A DNA stretch of 64,000 nucleotides, taken from assembly GCA_937891975.1 (NCBI GenBank), contig CALAUA010000015.1, positions 145,378 to 209,377 on the forward strand, written 5' to 3'. The position numbers and the translations under genes are program-made. The notes below the pieces were generated by a model, which had not been told where the DNA came from, made no database searches, and was given only the letters and a program-made list of their open reading frames with translations. This document shows positions 8,801 through 16,881 of the stretch, in pieces. This DNA is from an uncultured Bacteroidales bacterium (GTDB lineage Bacteria > Bacteroidota > Bacteroidia > Bacteroidales > Paludibacteraceae). Position 1 is the stretch's first letter. Each line of letters starts with the position of its first letter.

Positions 8801-11800
8801 TGCAACAGTCGTGTTGGCGCTGCTAACTGTAGCTGTCACATCGCTCAGTTTATTACCCAAACTTACTTGTATAGAAGGTGAAACTATTTTTTGCTCGCCC
8901 TGTGTAAGAGTGATATTGTCAATATTACTTACTGCCAAATCACCAGGGCAATCGGCATTGGTAAGTGTGTAGTTGTTATATCCATTTTGATTAACCTTGT
9001 TATTACTTAATTGATAACATGTATTTTCACTTGGTATCTCGTAGTTGAAGGTTTGATTTGCATCGCTTCCGCCGTTTACGATAAAGTGGTCGTAGTATGG
9101 GTATTTCACCACGAATACGCGCCATGTACCAAAGTGTTGAGCAAAACTCTCACCAGGCCATTCGGTCTTCACATCTGCTGCACCAGCGTCGTCTCCGCGC
9201 CACATATATACATTGCTCAATATGCTATTGGGATCGTTGACCTTGATAGTGACTAATTTATAAACAGCCACTTCGGTACGTACCTCAAATACACGTCCTG
9301 CCACTTCTTCGGTTGTAGCGGTGAAGGTCAAGATACCTACTTGTTGAGCAGGTGTGTATTCGGTTGCATATTTTTCATTATAGGTTGTTGTTAATGTGGT
9401 TTCGTTAACCTTGATAGTTACGTTTCCAGTGTAACCATTGTAGGTGGCACTATATGATACTTCTACGTTGGTTCCTTGTTGTACTTTCTCTAAACTGATT
9501 TCGTCTCCAGGGGTGGTCAAAAGTACCATTTCAGGTGTCAAGACTTGTTGGAAGTAAACCGTGGTGGTAGCTTCGGTTCCCTTCTTTCCGTAAGAGTCTT
9601 TGTAGTAGGTGGTGATAGTGATAGGAGTAACCTCGGTGGTGATGTTCGTTAGGTCAAACGTATTGGCTGTTTGCTCTGTCTCACCTACTTTGTAGTAGGC
9701 AGTCAATCCTGCTACTTCTGTCAGTGGGGTTACTGTCAATCTTACCGTTTCATCGTTGTATAATTGGTAAGGGGTAGCTTGCGCTCCATCGCCTGCAATC
9801 CATTCATTGATTGTCTGCTCCTTATATACGCGCACTGCGGTGTATGTGACTGCAGGTGTTGTTGGTAGAGCGGGGTAGGTGATCTTCACTTGTGGTGCGG
9901 TCAAGGATATACCATCTGCTCCAGACCAACGGATATGAATGGTGTATGAACCTGCTTGCGTTGATTTGAATTTGATTGCGGAATTGGCATCTTTCCAAAT
10001 CTTTACCCAGTCAGCACATGATTGAAGGGCGCTGACAGAATTGCCGTATTCCGCAGAATTATTTGCATAGTCTTTTACTTTGAAACTGTATTCGGTATTT
10101 GCAGCCAAAGTAACGATGCATGCCCAACTGCCATCGCCTTGCTTGGTGAAATATGGATTGTTGCCAGGGAGGGTGTTGGTAGCATGTTTGCTAATCAATT
10201 GGTATCTCTCTGAGAAGGTCGCAACGAGTAATCCATCGCCTATTGTACCATTACCGCTAAGGGTGGTAGTATTGCCTGTGGTAGCAGAACTTACTGCAGG
10301 AGCAGTTGCAGTCCAACTTTGTGTATAATAACCCTCAGCAGGAGTTGCGGTAACAGTAACGGTGGTTTCCACACCCACACTTGCCTCTTGTGGTGATACT
10401 GTTCCCTTGTTATCATCGGATGATTTGATGTCAATAGAGGCTTTGTTTTCAACAAATACTGCTTTCACAGTTACATCCGCATTCACAGTGCAGGTGTAAG
10501 ATGGATCAGTCGATAATTGATTACCACTCCCGTCTGTCCACTTAGAGAAAGTGTAACCAGTATTTGCTTCTTGTGTAAATACAACACTTTTTCCCTTTAA
10601 CACATAGTCGCCAGAAGTAATTGCAACTCCATCCACTTTGGCAGTAACAGTCTTACCCCCCGTCCCCTTACTAAAGGTTACTTTGTATGCCTCTGGATAG
10701 GTTACGGAGAGGTTTTTATTAGAACTGTTGAATGTGAAAGTATAATTGCCTGCGACATCGGTTTTAAGAGTTAAATTATTGCTGCTTGTGCTTAATGTCT
10801 TACTTGACGATGCACGCGTAAGATCTCCACTGCTTGCACCATACCACTCTGAATCATATACAATCTTGAAAGTATATGTGGTGTTCGCGTTTAGGCTACG
10901 AGTGACAGTATAAGTACCCGAGCCAGTCATGTCAAATTCACCTGTATTAGTTGCGTCTGCTGGATTTGCAGCTGATATACGCAATTGATTATATACAGGC
11001 CATGTGACTTCTAAAGTTGGCTTTGAAGAATCATCATAGTTGAGGTGGAAAGTATATTTACCTGCTAGATAAGGCTTAAAGCGTATGTTGTTACTAGCGC
11101 TGGTGGAAAGCGTGAGGTTATTGTTCTCTTTGGTTAGCCAATAATGATCACCACCAGATCCCCAACCTAACCATTTTTTATTGTCATCGGAGCCTGCTGC
11201 ATTATAAATTTTAAATTCCCATTGATTGTCATTAGGAGTTACTTTACTTTGAGGGACATCAATTTCCCAATAAACATCATTAGAATTCGCGTTCCCAGAA
11301 TGCTTTTTCATCATTGTATTTTGATTAGCATTCCATCCTTCAGAAAAAGGTCCAGCATTATCACCTTGTACGTAGTATGTACTTGTTAAATCTTCTGCAT
11401 AATTTGCAACGACTTCAGCAGCTTTGCTATCGCCATTAGAGCGAACAGTGATGTTTGTTGCATCAGCTGCTCCGCCATCGGTGCGGGTACAATTGGTAAG
11501 CGTCCAACCTGTAAAAGTGTAGCCATTGCCTGCTGCAGTAGCTGTGACTGTGGCTGTGGTTTCATAACCTATTGAATTTACTGATGCTGTTGGAACTGCA
11601 TAGCCAGGGTCGCCTGCATCGTATTTATTGGAGGTTGTCAGCGTGGACATGTTTTCCGTAGCAGAAGCAGTCACTATAACCGAACCATTTTTTACGGTTA
11701 CGGTTGTGTTTGCTGTTGTTGCGTTGCCGAATGTAGCGTTTGCTGCTGGATTAGCAGTCCAAGTGCTGAAAGTGTAACCCGTTTTAGGTGTGGCTGTGAT

Positions 11801-12904
11801 ATTGTAGGTGCTTCCTAATGTTACAGGGTCAGTAGAACCACCAACGGTGTTTATTCCATCGCCTGCCAGTACGGTCAAGGAGTGGGTTGCTGTTGAGCGG
11901 AAGTTGGCTTTCAATGTACCTGCGGCAGTTGCAGTGATGGTTGTAGAAGCAGCTGTCGTATTTGCTACAACAACACCTCCTGTAGCTGTCCAATTAACAA
12001 ATTCGTAATTTGCATCTGGAGTGGCAGTGACTGCCGTCGTTGTGACTTGTCCAATAGTCTTATTTCCTAAAGGAGATACTGTTCCGCCAGAGCCTGCTGA
12101 GATAGTGACAGCATATGTATTCTCTGTCCAAATAGGAGTAATTGTTACATTGCTGGTAAGTGTATAGGTTTGAGAAGCGATGTCTGCTGCAGCAATAGTA
12201 GTAGTTGTACTACCATTATTGATTTGTACACCGCCAAAGGTATATCCTGTAGAGGCAGATGCGCTGAATTTAAGAACAGTGAGGTGAATTTTGCTTGCAC
12301 CAGTAGCAATAGTGTTGTTGTCGTAGTCCTTTACGGTTAGTGTGCCACCTGTAGGGCTATTGATTGTGACAGTATAGTCTGATTTAGTAGAAGTAGACCA
12401 ATTGTATACAGTACACTTCGTATCAAAGTGCGTAACTGAAGTAGTCCCATTTGCCTTATAAATTGTAGTTGCGTTCCAAACAGATGTGCGAATATTTGTC
12501 ACATTATTGTTGCCATGGTACACAAATTTATATACATTTTCACCGTTAGAGTCCCACCATTTCTCTTTGCTGACTACCCAACCTGATGCTCCATCCCATG
12601 AATTTCCATTATTCCATCCTTTTGCCAATTTCCAAAGGTACTGTGTACCAGAAACACGAGTCATGGCATAGCAAGATGTATGAGAATCATGACCGATATA
12701 AACGTAACAGTTCGTCCATTTTGATGTGGAGTTATCAAAGTATAAATCCACATTTGATTGGTTGATAGCCGCCCACGCATTACTAACTCCCATTAGTAGG
12801 AGAATGAGGATAGCAGTTGTTCGTATACCTTTGGTATATCCTTGTAATAGGTTAAGAAATTGTTTCGCCTTCTTCTCGGCGCAATTTGTAAATGTTTTAT
12901 TCAT
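5867..12904 (-). CDS. Giant cell-surface protein with divergent InlB B-repeat modules and a T9SS-like C-terminal tail
   Basis: Uninterrupted 2345-aa ORF. Leader MNKTFTNCAEKKAKQFLNLLQGYTKGIRTTAILILLLMGVSNAWA. Many ~75-aa modules of type Y.VT....GGTVSP.......TATP..GY.F..WT. Tail ends KYLIDGKLIIRTAEGIFDAQGHRL. Confidence 0.85.
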   Translation of the reverse strand: MNKTFTNCAEKKAKQFLNLLQGYTKGIRTTAILILLLMGVSNAWAAINQSNVDLYFDNSTSKWTNCYVYIGHDSHTSCYAMTRVSGTQYLWKLAKGWNNGNSWDGASGWVVSKEKWWDSNGENVYKFVYHGNNNVTNIRTSVWNATTIYKANGTTSVTHFDTKCTVYNWSTSTKSDYTVTINSPTGGTLTVKDYDNNTIATGASKIHLTVLKFSASASTGYTFGGVQINNGSTTTTIAAADIASQTYTLTSNVTITPIWTENTYAVTISAGSGGTVSPLGNKTIGQVTTTAVTATPDANYEFVNWTATGGVVVANTTAASTTITATAAGTLKANFRSTATHSLTVLAGDGINTVGGSTDPVTLGSTYNITATPKTGYTFSTWTANPAANATFGNATTANTTVTVKNGSVIVTASATENMSTLTTSNKYDAGDPGYAVPTASVNSIGYETTATVTATAAGNGYTFTGWTLTNCTRTDGGAADATNITVRSNGDSKAAEVVANYAEDLTSTYYVQGDNAGPFSEGWNANQNTMMKKHSGNANSNDVYWEIDVPQSKVTPNDNQWEFKIYNAAGSDDNKKWLGWGSGGDHYWLTKENNNLTLSTSASNNIRFKPYLAGKYTFHLNYDDSSKPTLEVTWPVYNQLRISAANPADATNTGEFDMTGSGTYTVTRSLNANTTYTFKIVYDSEWYGASSGDLTRASSSKTLSTSSNNLTLKTDVAGNYTFTFNSSNKNLSVTYPEAYKVTFSKGTGGKTVTAKVDGVAITSGDYVLKGKSVVFTQEANTGYTFSKWTDGSGNQLSTDPSYTCTVNADVTVKAVFVENKASIDIKSSDDNKGTVSPQEASVGVETTVTVTATPAEGYYTQSWTATAPAVSSATTGNTTTLSGNGTIGDGLLVATFSERYQLISKHATNTLPGNNPYFTKQGDGSWACIVTLAANTEYSFKVKDYANNSAEYGNSVSALQSCADWVKIWKDANSAIKFKSTQAGSYTIHIRWSGADGISLTAPQVKITYPALPTTPAVTYTAVRVYKEQTINEWIAGDGAQATPYQLYNDETVRLTVTPLTEVAGLTAYYKVGETEQTANTFDLTNITTEVTPITITTYYKDSYGKKGTEATTTVYFQQVLTPEMVLLTTPGDEISLEKVQQGTNVEVSYSATYNGYTGNVTIKVNETTLTTTYNEKYATEYTPAQQVGILTFTATTEEVAGRVFEVRTEVAVYKLVTIKVNDPNSILSNVYMWRGDDAGAADVKTEWPGESFAQHFGTWRVFVVKYPYYDHFIVNGGSDANQTFNYEIPSENTCYQLSNNKVNQNGYNNYTLTNADCPGDLAVSNIDNITLTQGEQKIVSPSIQVSLGNKLSDVTATVSSANTTVATAIMSGTNIIVYGHEDGTTTITVNYTLHEETVTKKFQVTVEKDTHITIQVKVPIADGGTYDNIGWNNNSEIKIHYWYSSGYNADIALEFVYEESGKYKYLQAEVPLHTNGKTSFLVFYENMNDNWRKSPDVKDVSTDGCYTMKNEGYGNQPSISRSGDYCWEDADEYQVKIVMQNGKEYSSNIVTSTSDILSFFAPGKDEVNYRSGVVMLYKNGNLHATIAPETFTASNVYTAKLNADGTGLTNVAVYSGNFYIRTWGTDGDISNKGWNSIHDWTDSEKASRTFTEFVSREGEFYNHYWVQAMNSGGYDGKDVSACVANDYNDDLAGKLLQDKNTNEYGDIKVGTGKVINVRFGYDPRTNYFGRAVLQGSADASYLNLHCDNAYADKECTKKLPYGNNTNNDGNKFRDVSNWVYERDVYVNITNGTPSASLYVEAKSPRTDTTVYNHLLGYGINEVTGEETSTPIQKTVIGSGTDNGVYKVRVVYDFKTNRIIAVWEIATDLTITTDKTVNADVLFIRKENENVPQITLSGNGEINNLKSLFFAMELHRGSTNEDERHEEQYMFTLPFDCVVGSISGVHGYMELWGIQRYRGDLRAQKGWYAETATFWEWMSPKDTLKAGEGYLLAFDKKNATWNEIEVDKTDANGDVIEGQKEIISMLRLYFPSIGSGFDLQQQSTQQLTVTYPNHPCTLTLHNRYLQDSNWKMIGTTSYNNATVKEYDKDNDPEYKELTEAPSFRYQYSYTFDNNNNRTSYNYTPEDGKTATYKSFYGYMVQFAGTITWNPINETVPEPLAAPRRAQAERSSVTMRLELANTEGEKQDQTFVALDEDGTTTFDQNKDLNKVFNSGKPNIYTLSEGIPFAGNTLPMEEVIVPVGVKIATEGEYTFRMPDGTEGMVVELIDYETNTRTNLLLDDYTITLSAGSYENRFALHIQPQKDVTTGVGNVGDEAKGIEKYLIDGKLIIRTAEGIFDAQGHRL

Positions 12905-12975
12905 GATTTTTGTTATTTTAGTCTGTAGAATTTTAGTTTCACGCTTATTATGATGTTTTAGTATGCCTTTTATAC

Positions 12976-13959
12976 TTAAATGTAATTTTGAGCAATGTTC
13001 TCTATTATCTGTGCTAAGGCAGATGAATATTCAAAGTCCATATCAAGAAGCAGTGGTATTGGTACATTATGCTTGTAATAATATGGATGAGGGTTAGGAG
13101 CCAATATTATTTCGTAGTTATACCAAAAATACAATTCAAATAATTTATTGTAAGTTTCACCACGTGTTCTACAAGCGGTAAGTATAATATCGCATCCTAT
13201 CTGCTCAAAATCATCTATGGATTCAGGCATACGAGAATCTGGATCTCCTTGGCTCTCAACACCTATTAAACAATTATTTATATTAACAACACCTTGAACA
13301 TCCCCATCATCTTTAATAAGGTTATTAGGATACTTATTTGATAATATATTCCACACTCCTTTGATTGAGGTAGATTTGCCCATATATCCATGACCACAAT
13401 CAGCAATAATATAACGAGGTCTACTATAATCAACAGGGAGCTCACGCATCGTATTCTCAATTTGAAAGCCCCTATTATTTACCTTTAATTCATACCATTT
13501 ATGATCCAAGTTATCCAAAAGTTGTAGGTAACATGTAAATCCCAATGCTTCAGAAGAAAACGTATGTAATTGTTCTTTACTCCACTGGATTCCTACGATA
13601 TTGGCCACACGCCGTAAAGCATCAACGAGTTGTTCTGGTTCCCATTCTGCATAGTTTTGCAGTATGTTTGCTACTTCCTTAGCAAATGCAATAACTTTTT
13701 GAGGACGAGACAATGCTTCTTGTATTTCCTCTTTGAGCACCCCTGGAATATTTTCTAATTCTTGTTGATTAGCTACAATATGTGGTTGTTTATCCCCGTA
13801 CAAAGGTATTTCTATTTCTACCTTTTTTCGTTTCCCGTTTACAAGTATCGGCTGTTTTGTTTTCTTATGAATATGAACCGAAGTAATATCCATCGGACGA
13901 CCATCTCCCCTCTGATGGCTATCAATGCGCAGTATCTGATTATTAATTAATGGTTTCAT
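12976..13959 (-). CDS. Hypothetical protein with a C-terminal P-loop (Walker A) domain, AT-rich
   Basis: 327-aa ORF 72 nt upstream of giant gene 1 on the same strand. GHGYMGKST fits GxxxxGK[ST] and CLIGVESQGD is Walker-B-like. A sampled 60-nt line counted 19 G+C, clearly below neighbouring genes. Confidence 0.5.
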   Translation of the reverse strand: MKPLINNQILRIDSHQRGDGRPMDITSVHIHKKTKQPILVNGKRKKVEIEIPLYGDKQPHIVANQQELENIPGVLKEEIQEALSRPQKVIAFAKEVANILQNYAEWEPEQLVDALRRVANIVGIQWSKEQLHTFSSEALGFTCYLQLLDNLDHKWYELKVNNRGFQIENTMRELPVDYSRPRYIIADCGHGYMGKSTSIKGVWNILSNKYPNNLIKDDGDVQGVVNINNCLIGVESQGDPDSRMPESIDDFEQIGCDIILTACRTRGETYNKLFELYFWYNYEIILAPNPHPYYYKHNVPIPLLLDMDFEYSSALAQIIENIAQNYI

Positions 13960-14146
13960 ATTTTTTCTTTTCTCCCTTTTGGGTGGTTTTGCTTTTATCT
14001 TATTTCTTTTATCTCTTGTTTTTATCTCTCAAATTAACGCACATGAATTGTCATTGATTTTACATCCTTATTTATGTCCGCAGAACTCACTCTTAAAATC
14101 ACAACTCCCTCATTATCAACACTCATTCTTTAAAACTATGTTAGGA

Positions 14147-14189
14147 CATTTGTGGCATTTTTGGCATTTGTGGCATTTTTGGCATTTTG
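14147..14189. repeat. TTTGGCATT / TGTGGCATT word array
   Basis: catttgtggcatttttggcatttgtggcatttttggcattttg. Confidence 0.85.
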
Positions 14190-14260
14190 AAATTCCTGAA
14201 AATCCCTATATTCCCGTTTCCCTAATTATCCTTTTCTACTTTTGCAAAGCTCTTGCTTTA

Positions 14261-14303
14261 CTATGTCATTACTATGTCATTACTATGTGATTACTATGTT
14301 ATT
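14261..14303. repeat. 11-nt word array CTATGTCATTA, four copies
   Basis: ctatgtcattactatgtcattactatgtgattactatgttatt. Confidence 0.9.
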
Positions 14304-14328
14304 CCGCTACCCTTGCGCTACCTTTACG

Positions 14329-14486
14329 CTATCTTCAGGGTATCTTCAGGGTATCTTCGGGACATCCTATATATATCCCTTATACATCCCTTGGTTATCC
14401 TATGCTGCTCCTTCGGTGAGGTTCCGATGAGATTCCAATCAGGTTCCGATGAGGTTCCGATGGAAGTAAGGGGCATGTAAGGGGCA
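14329..14486. repeat. Composite repeat, left copy (inverted partner at 18699-18834)
   Basis: Three GTATCTTCRGG units, then a ~45-nt unique core (gacatcctatatatatccc..ggttatcctat), a variable 11-nt word module (GAGGTTCCGAT), then ggaagtaaggggcatgtaaggggca. Confidence 0.85.
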
Positions 14487-14490
14487 AATA

Positions 14491-14913
14491 TTATGCCGTC
14501 TGCTTCTTGCGTAACCTAATAACCACCGCCGCCACTGCTGCAAACAATAGCAATATCCATGGTTCGCCTACAGGGCTGCCACCTTGCGTACCAGGGTCAC
14601 CACCTCCGGCAAGATTCTTCCTCCCACTTATTCCTTTTGGACCGCTATTGCTATTGCCACTCTCGCTGGGCGGAGTGTCATTAAACGGCTCATACACAGT
14701 GCCTTGGTATGCCTTGTACTCGGTGGAGAGTGCCTCTGCATTACCCATCACACGATAGTCGCTCTTCATCGCACCACCATACGCTCCCCACTGCTGTGAG
14801 GAAGCGGTCGGTTGTGTATAACCGCCAACTTGATAAGAGTTAGATGCATTGTAGGATTGAGCGTAAACCTCTACGCCAAAAGCAAATAAAATCAGTAAAC
14901 ATGCGCATTTCAT
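14491..14913 (-). CDS. Small secreted Gly/Ser/Pro-rich protein with a PEP-CTERM-like C-terminal anchor (expressed copy)
   Basis: ORF trimmed to MKCACLLILFAFGVEVYAQ at 14913. The C-terminus PVGEPWILLLFAAVAAVVIRLRKKQTA is motif + TM helix + basic tail. A -7 box lies upstream at 15007-15014. Confidence 0.65.
   Translation of the reverse strand: MKCACLLILFAFGVEVYAQSYNASNSYQVGGYTQPTASSQQWGAYGGAMKSDYRVMGNAEALSTEYKAYQGTVYEPFNDTPPSESGNSNSGPKGISGRKNLAGGGDPGTQGGSPVGEPWILLLFAAVAAVVIRLRKKQTA
14657..14817. repeat. Inverted repeat IR-L of the putative inversion switch
   Basis: Reverse complement of 15342-15502 with about 8 mismatches by eye. Lies inside the CDS. Confidence 0.85.
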
Positions 14914-15006
14914 AACTGCGCCAAGAGAGTGTGTCTGTTCAGTATTATTAACTAGCATAATTGTTAGTGTTTTTTATCAAATTTAAAGTTTTCACATAAA
15001 GCGTGG

Positions 15007-15014
15007 CAAAGTTA
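15007..15014 (-). promoter_or_regulatory. -7 box (TAACTTTG on the minus strand) for the small secreted protein gene
   Basis: CAAAGTTA about 90 nt upstream of the ATG at 14913. Located inside the segment bracketed by IR-L and IR-R. Confidence 0.5.
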
Positions 15015-15231
15015 CAACATTTTTTTGAATCACACAAGTATTACTATGAAATTTATTTCATTCTTTCTTGCAAACGATTGCAAACAGGGATAGTTACGTA
15101 CAAAAAAAGGAGGCATCGCCTCCTGTGATTTCAGTTAGATTTGGATAGAAAAGAGGGTTATTGAAGTTCATTACACTACAATGGTATATCTGTATAAAAA
15201 CAGTGATTTGAGCAAATTTTTCATACAAAAA

Positions 15232-15319
15232 GTGCTCAAAATAAGAAAATTTATCTCATTTGAGCACAAACAAGACAACAAAATTGCTCAAAACGAGGAA
15301 TTTTATCTCGTTTGAGCAC
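15232..15319. promoter_or_regulatory. Two tandem copies of a ~36-nt hairpin element
   Basis: gtgctcaaa-(18 nt)-tttgagcac and ttgctcaaa-(27 nt)-tttgagcac, with a half-site tttgagcaaa at ~15208. Confidence 0.5.
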
Positions 15320-15713
15320 GAAAGCGCGCGTTTTTTGTATCACACAACCGACCGCTTCCTCACAGCAGTGGGGAGCGTATGGTGGTGCGATGAAGAGCGA
15401 CTATCGTGTGATGGGTAATGCAGATGTACTCTCAACTGAGTACAAGGCATACCAAGGCACTGTGTATGAGCCGTTTAATAACACTCCTCCAAGCGAGGGT
15501 GGAAGTGGTCCTAGAGGCATCTCTGGCAGACGCAATGGCAACTCTTGGAGTGGTCCTGGTATGGGTGAAGGCAATGGCGGTGAAGAAGGTGATGACCCTA
15601 ATCGTGATGAAGGTGAGCCTGTAGATGGTCCCGTTGGCGAACCCTTTGTGCTGTTGCTGTTTGCGGCAGTGGCGGCACTTTTCGTGGCACGTCGCCAACG
15701 CCAAGCAGCATAA
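15312..15713 (+). other. Promoterless, signal-peptide-less alternative 3' cassette of the small secreted protein
   Basis: Shares TQPTASSQQWGAYGGAMKSDYRVMGNA..LSTEYKAYQGTVYEPFN and the PVGEPFVLLLFAAVAALFVARRQRQAA tail type with 14491-14913. It has only a TTG start, no leader peptide, and a different middle. Confidence 0.6.
15342..15502. repeat. Inverted repeat IR-R of the putative inversion switch
   Basis: Reverse complement of 14657-14817. Confidence 0.85.
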
Positions 15714-15974
15714 CCCTAGCTGAAACACTCGCATGTTTATCAGTTGCTGTTGTGGTTAGCACAATCTTCCAACAGATAAACAACGCACCCAACGAATTGA
15801 CAATCATTGACTCCTTAATTGACAATCATTGTCTTTAAAAAATAACCCCGTCGCTCCGCGACAAAAAGCGATCTTTGAAACACTGTATTTTGTAGAGTAT
15901 AGCAACGCACTTTGCAAGTTTATTTTCTCGAAAATATTTTTGCAAAAATCCTTGCGTATATGCATTTTTTTTAG

Positions 15975-15982
15975 TACCTTTG
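15975..15982 (+). promoter_or_regulatory. -7 box TACCTTTG for the Bro-N gene
   Basis: Canonical TAnnTTTG 20 nt upstream of the ATG at 16003. Confidence 0.55.
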
Positions 15983-16002
15983 CACCATAAAACATAATAG
16001 CT

Positions 16003-16848
16003 ATGGAGCAAAGTGAAATCAAATTATTCGAAGGACAAAACATCCGTTACGTTTGGGATGAACAGAAGGAGCAATACTTCTTCTCTGTGGTAGATGTCAT
16101 CCAAGTGTTGACCGATAGCCCACGCCCTCGCAAGTATTGGAACGCGCTGAAAACCAAGCTGCAAGCAGAAGGAAGTGAAGTGTCCCAAAATATGGGACAG
16201 TTGAAATTGCCTGCTCTAGATGGCAAGATGCGTCTTACCGACGTGGCTACAACGGAGCAGTTGTTGCGCCTCATTCAGTCGGTGCCGAGCAAGAAAGCTG
16301 AGCCATTCAAGTTGTGGTTGGCTGAGGTCGGTCGTCAGCGATTGGAGCAGTTGCAAGACCCCGAGCAGAGTATAGAGCAGGCGATTCGTGATTACCGTCG
16401 CTTGGGGTATTCGGAGGCATGGATTAACCAGCGTATCAAGACCATTGAGGTACGCAAGGGCTTGACCGATGAATGGAAACGTGGCGGTATGCAGGAGGAG
16501 CGCGACTATGCGATTTTAACAGACATTATCTCCAAGGCATGGAGTGGAATGACGACTCGCGAGTATAAGCAGCACAAGGGACTGCGCAAAGAGAGTTTGC
16601 GCGATAACATGACCAATGTTGAGCTGATGCTCAATGGTCTTGCGGAGGCGGCTGCTACGGAGTTGAGTCAGCGCGAGAACCCACAAGGTTTTAGCGAGAA
16701 CGCGCAGATAGCGCAACGCGGTGGCAATGTAGCCCATGTGGCTCGTGAGCAACTGGAGCATGAGTTGGGAACTACGGTGATTTCTGACAAACGCGCGCTG
16801 CATTTCACGACTCCGCCCGATGAATTGCCATTGAGCACCGAAGAGTAA
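16003..16848 (+). CDS. Bro-N domain protein (antirepressor / DinD-like)
   Basis: N-terminus FEGQNIRYVWDEQKEQYFFSVVDVIQVLTDSPRPRKYW and EPFKLWLAEVGRQRLEQLQDPE match the widespread Bro-N / DinD-like family as I recall it. Confidence 0.65.
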   Translation: MEQSEIKLFEGQNIRYVWDEQKEQYFFSVVDVIQVLTDSPRPRKYWNALKTKLQAEGSEVSQNMGQLKLPALDGKMRLTDVATTEQLLRLIQSVPSKKAEPFKLWLAEVGRQRLEQLQDPEQSIEQAIRDYRRLGYSEAWINQRIKTIEVRKGLTDEWKRGGMQEERDYAILTDIISKAWSGMTTREYKQHKGLRKESLRDNMTNVELMLNGLAEAAATELSQRENPQGFSENAQIAQRGGNVAHVAREQLEHELGTTVISDKRALHFTTPPDELPLSTEE

Positions 16849-16881
16849 TTTGATTGCATAGCAATCTAACGGCTATATTCT

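Noticed and set aside
13979-14480. ORFs 13979..14290, 14242..14430 and 14253..14480 (translations such as WHFWHLWHFWHF and YYVITM repeats).
   Set aside because: They are simply translations of the tandem word arrays. They have periodic peptides, overlap in several frames, and have no start context.
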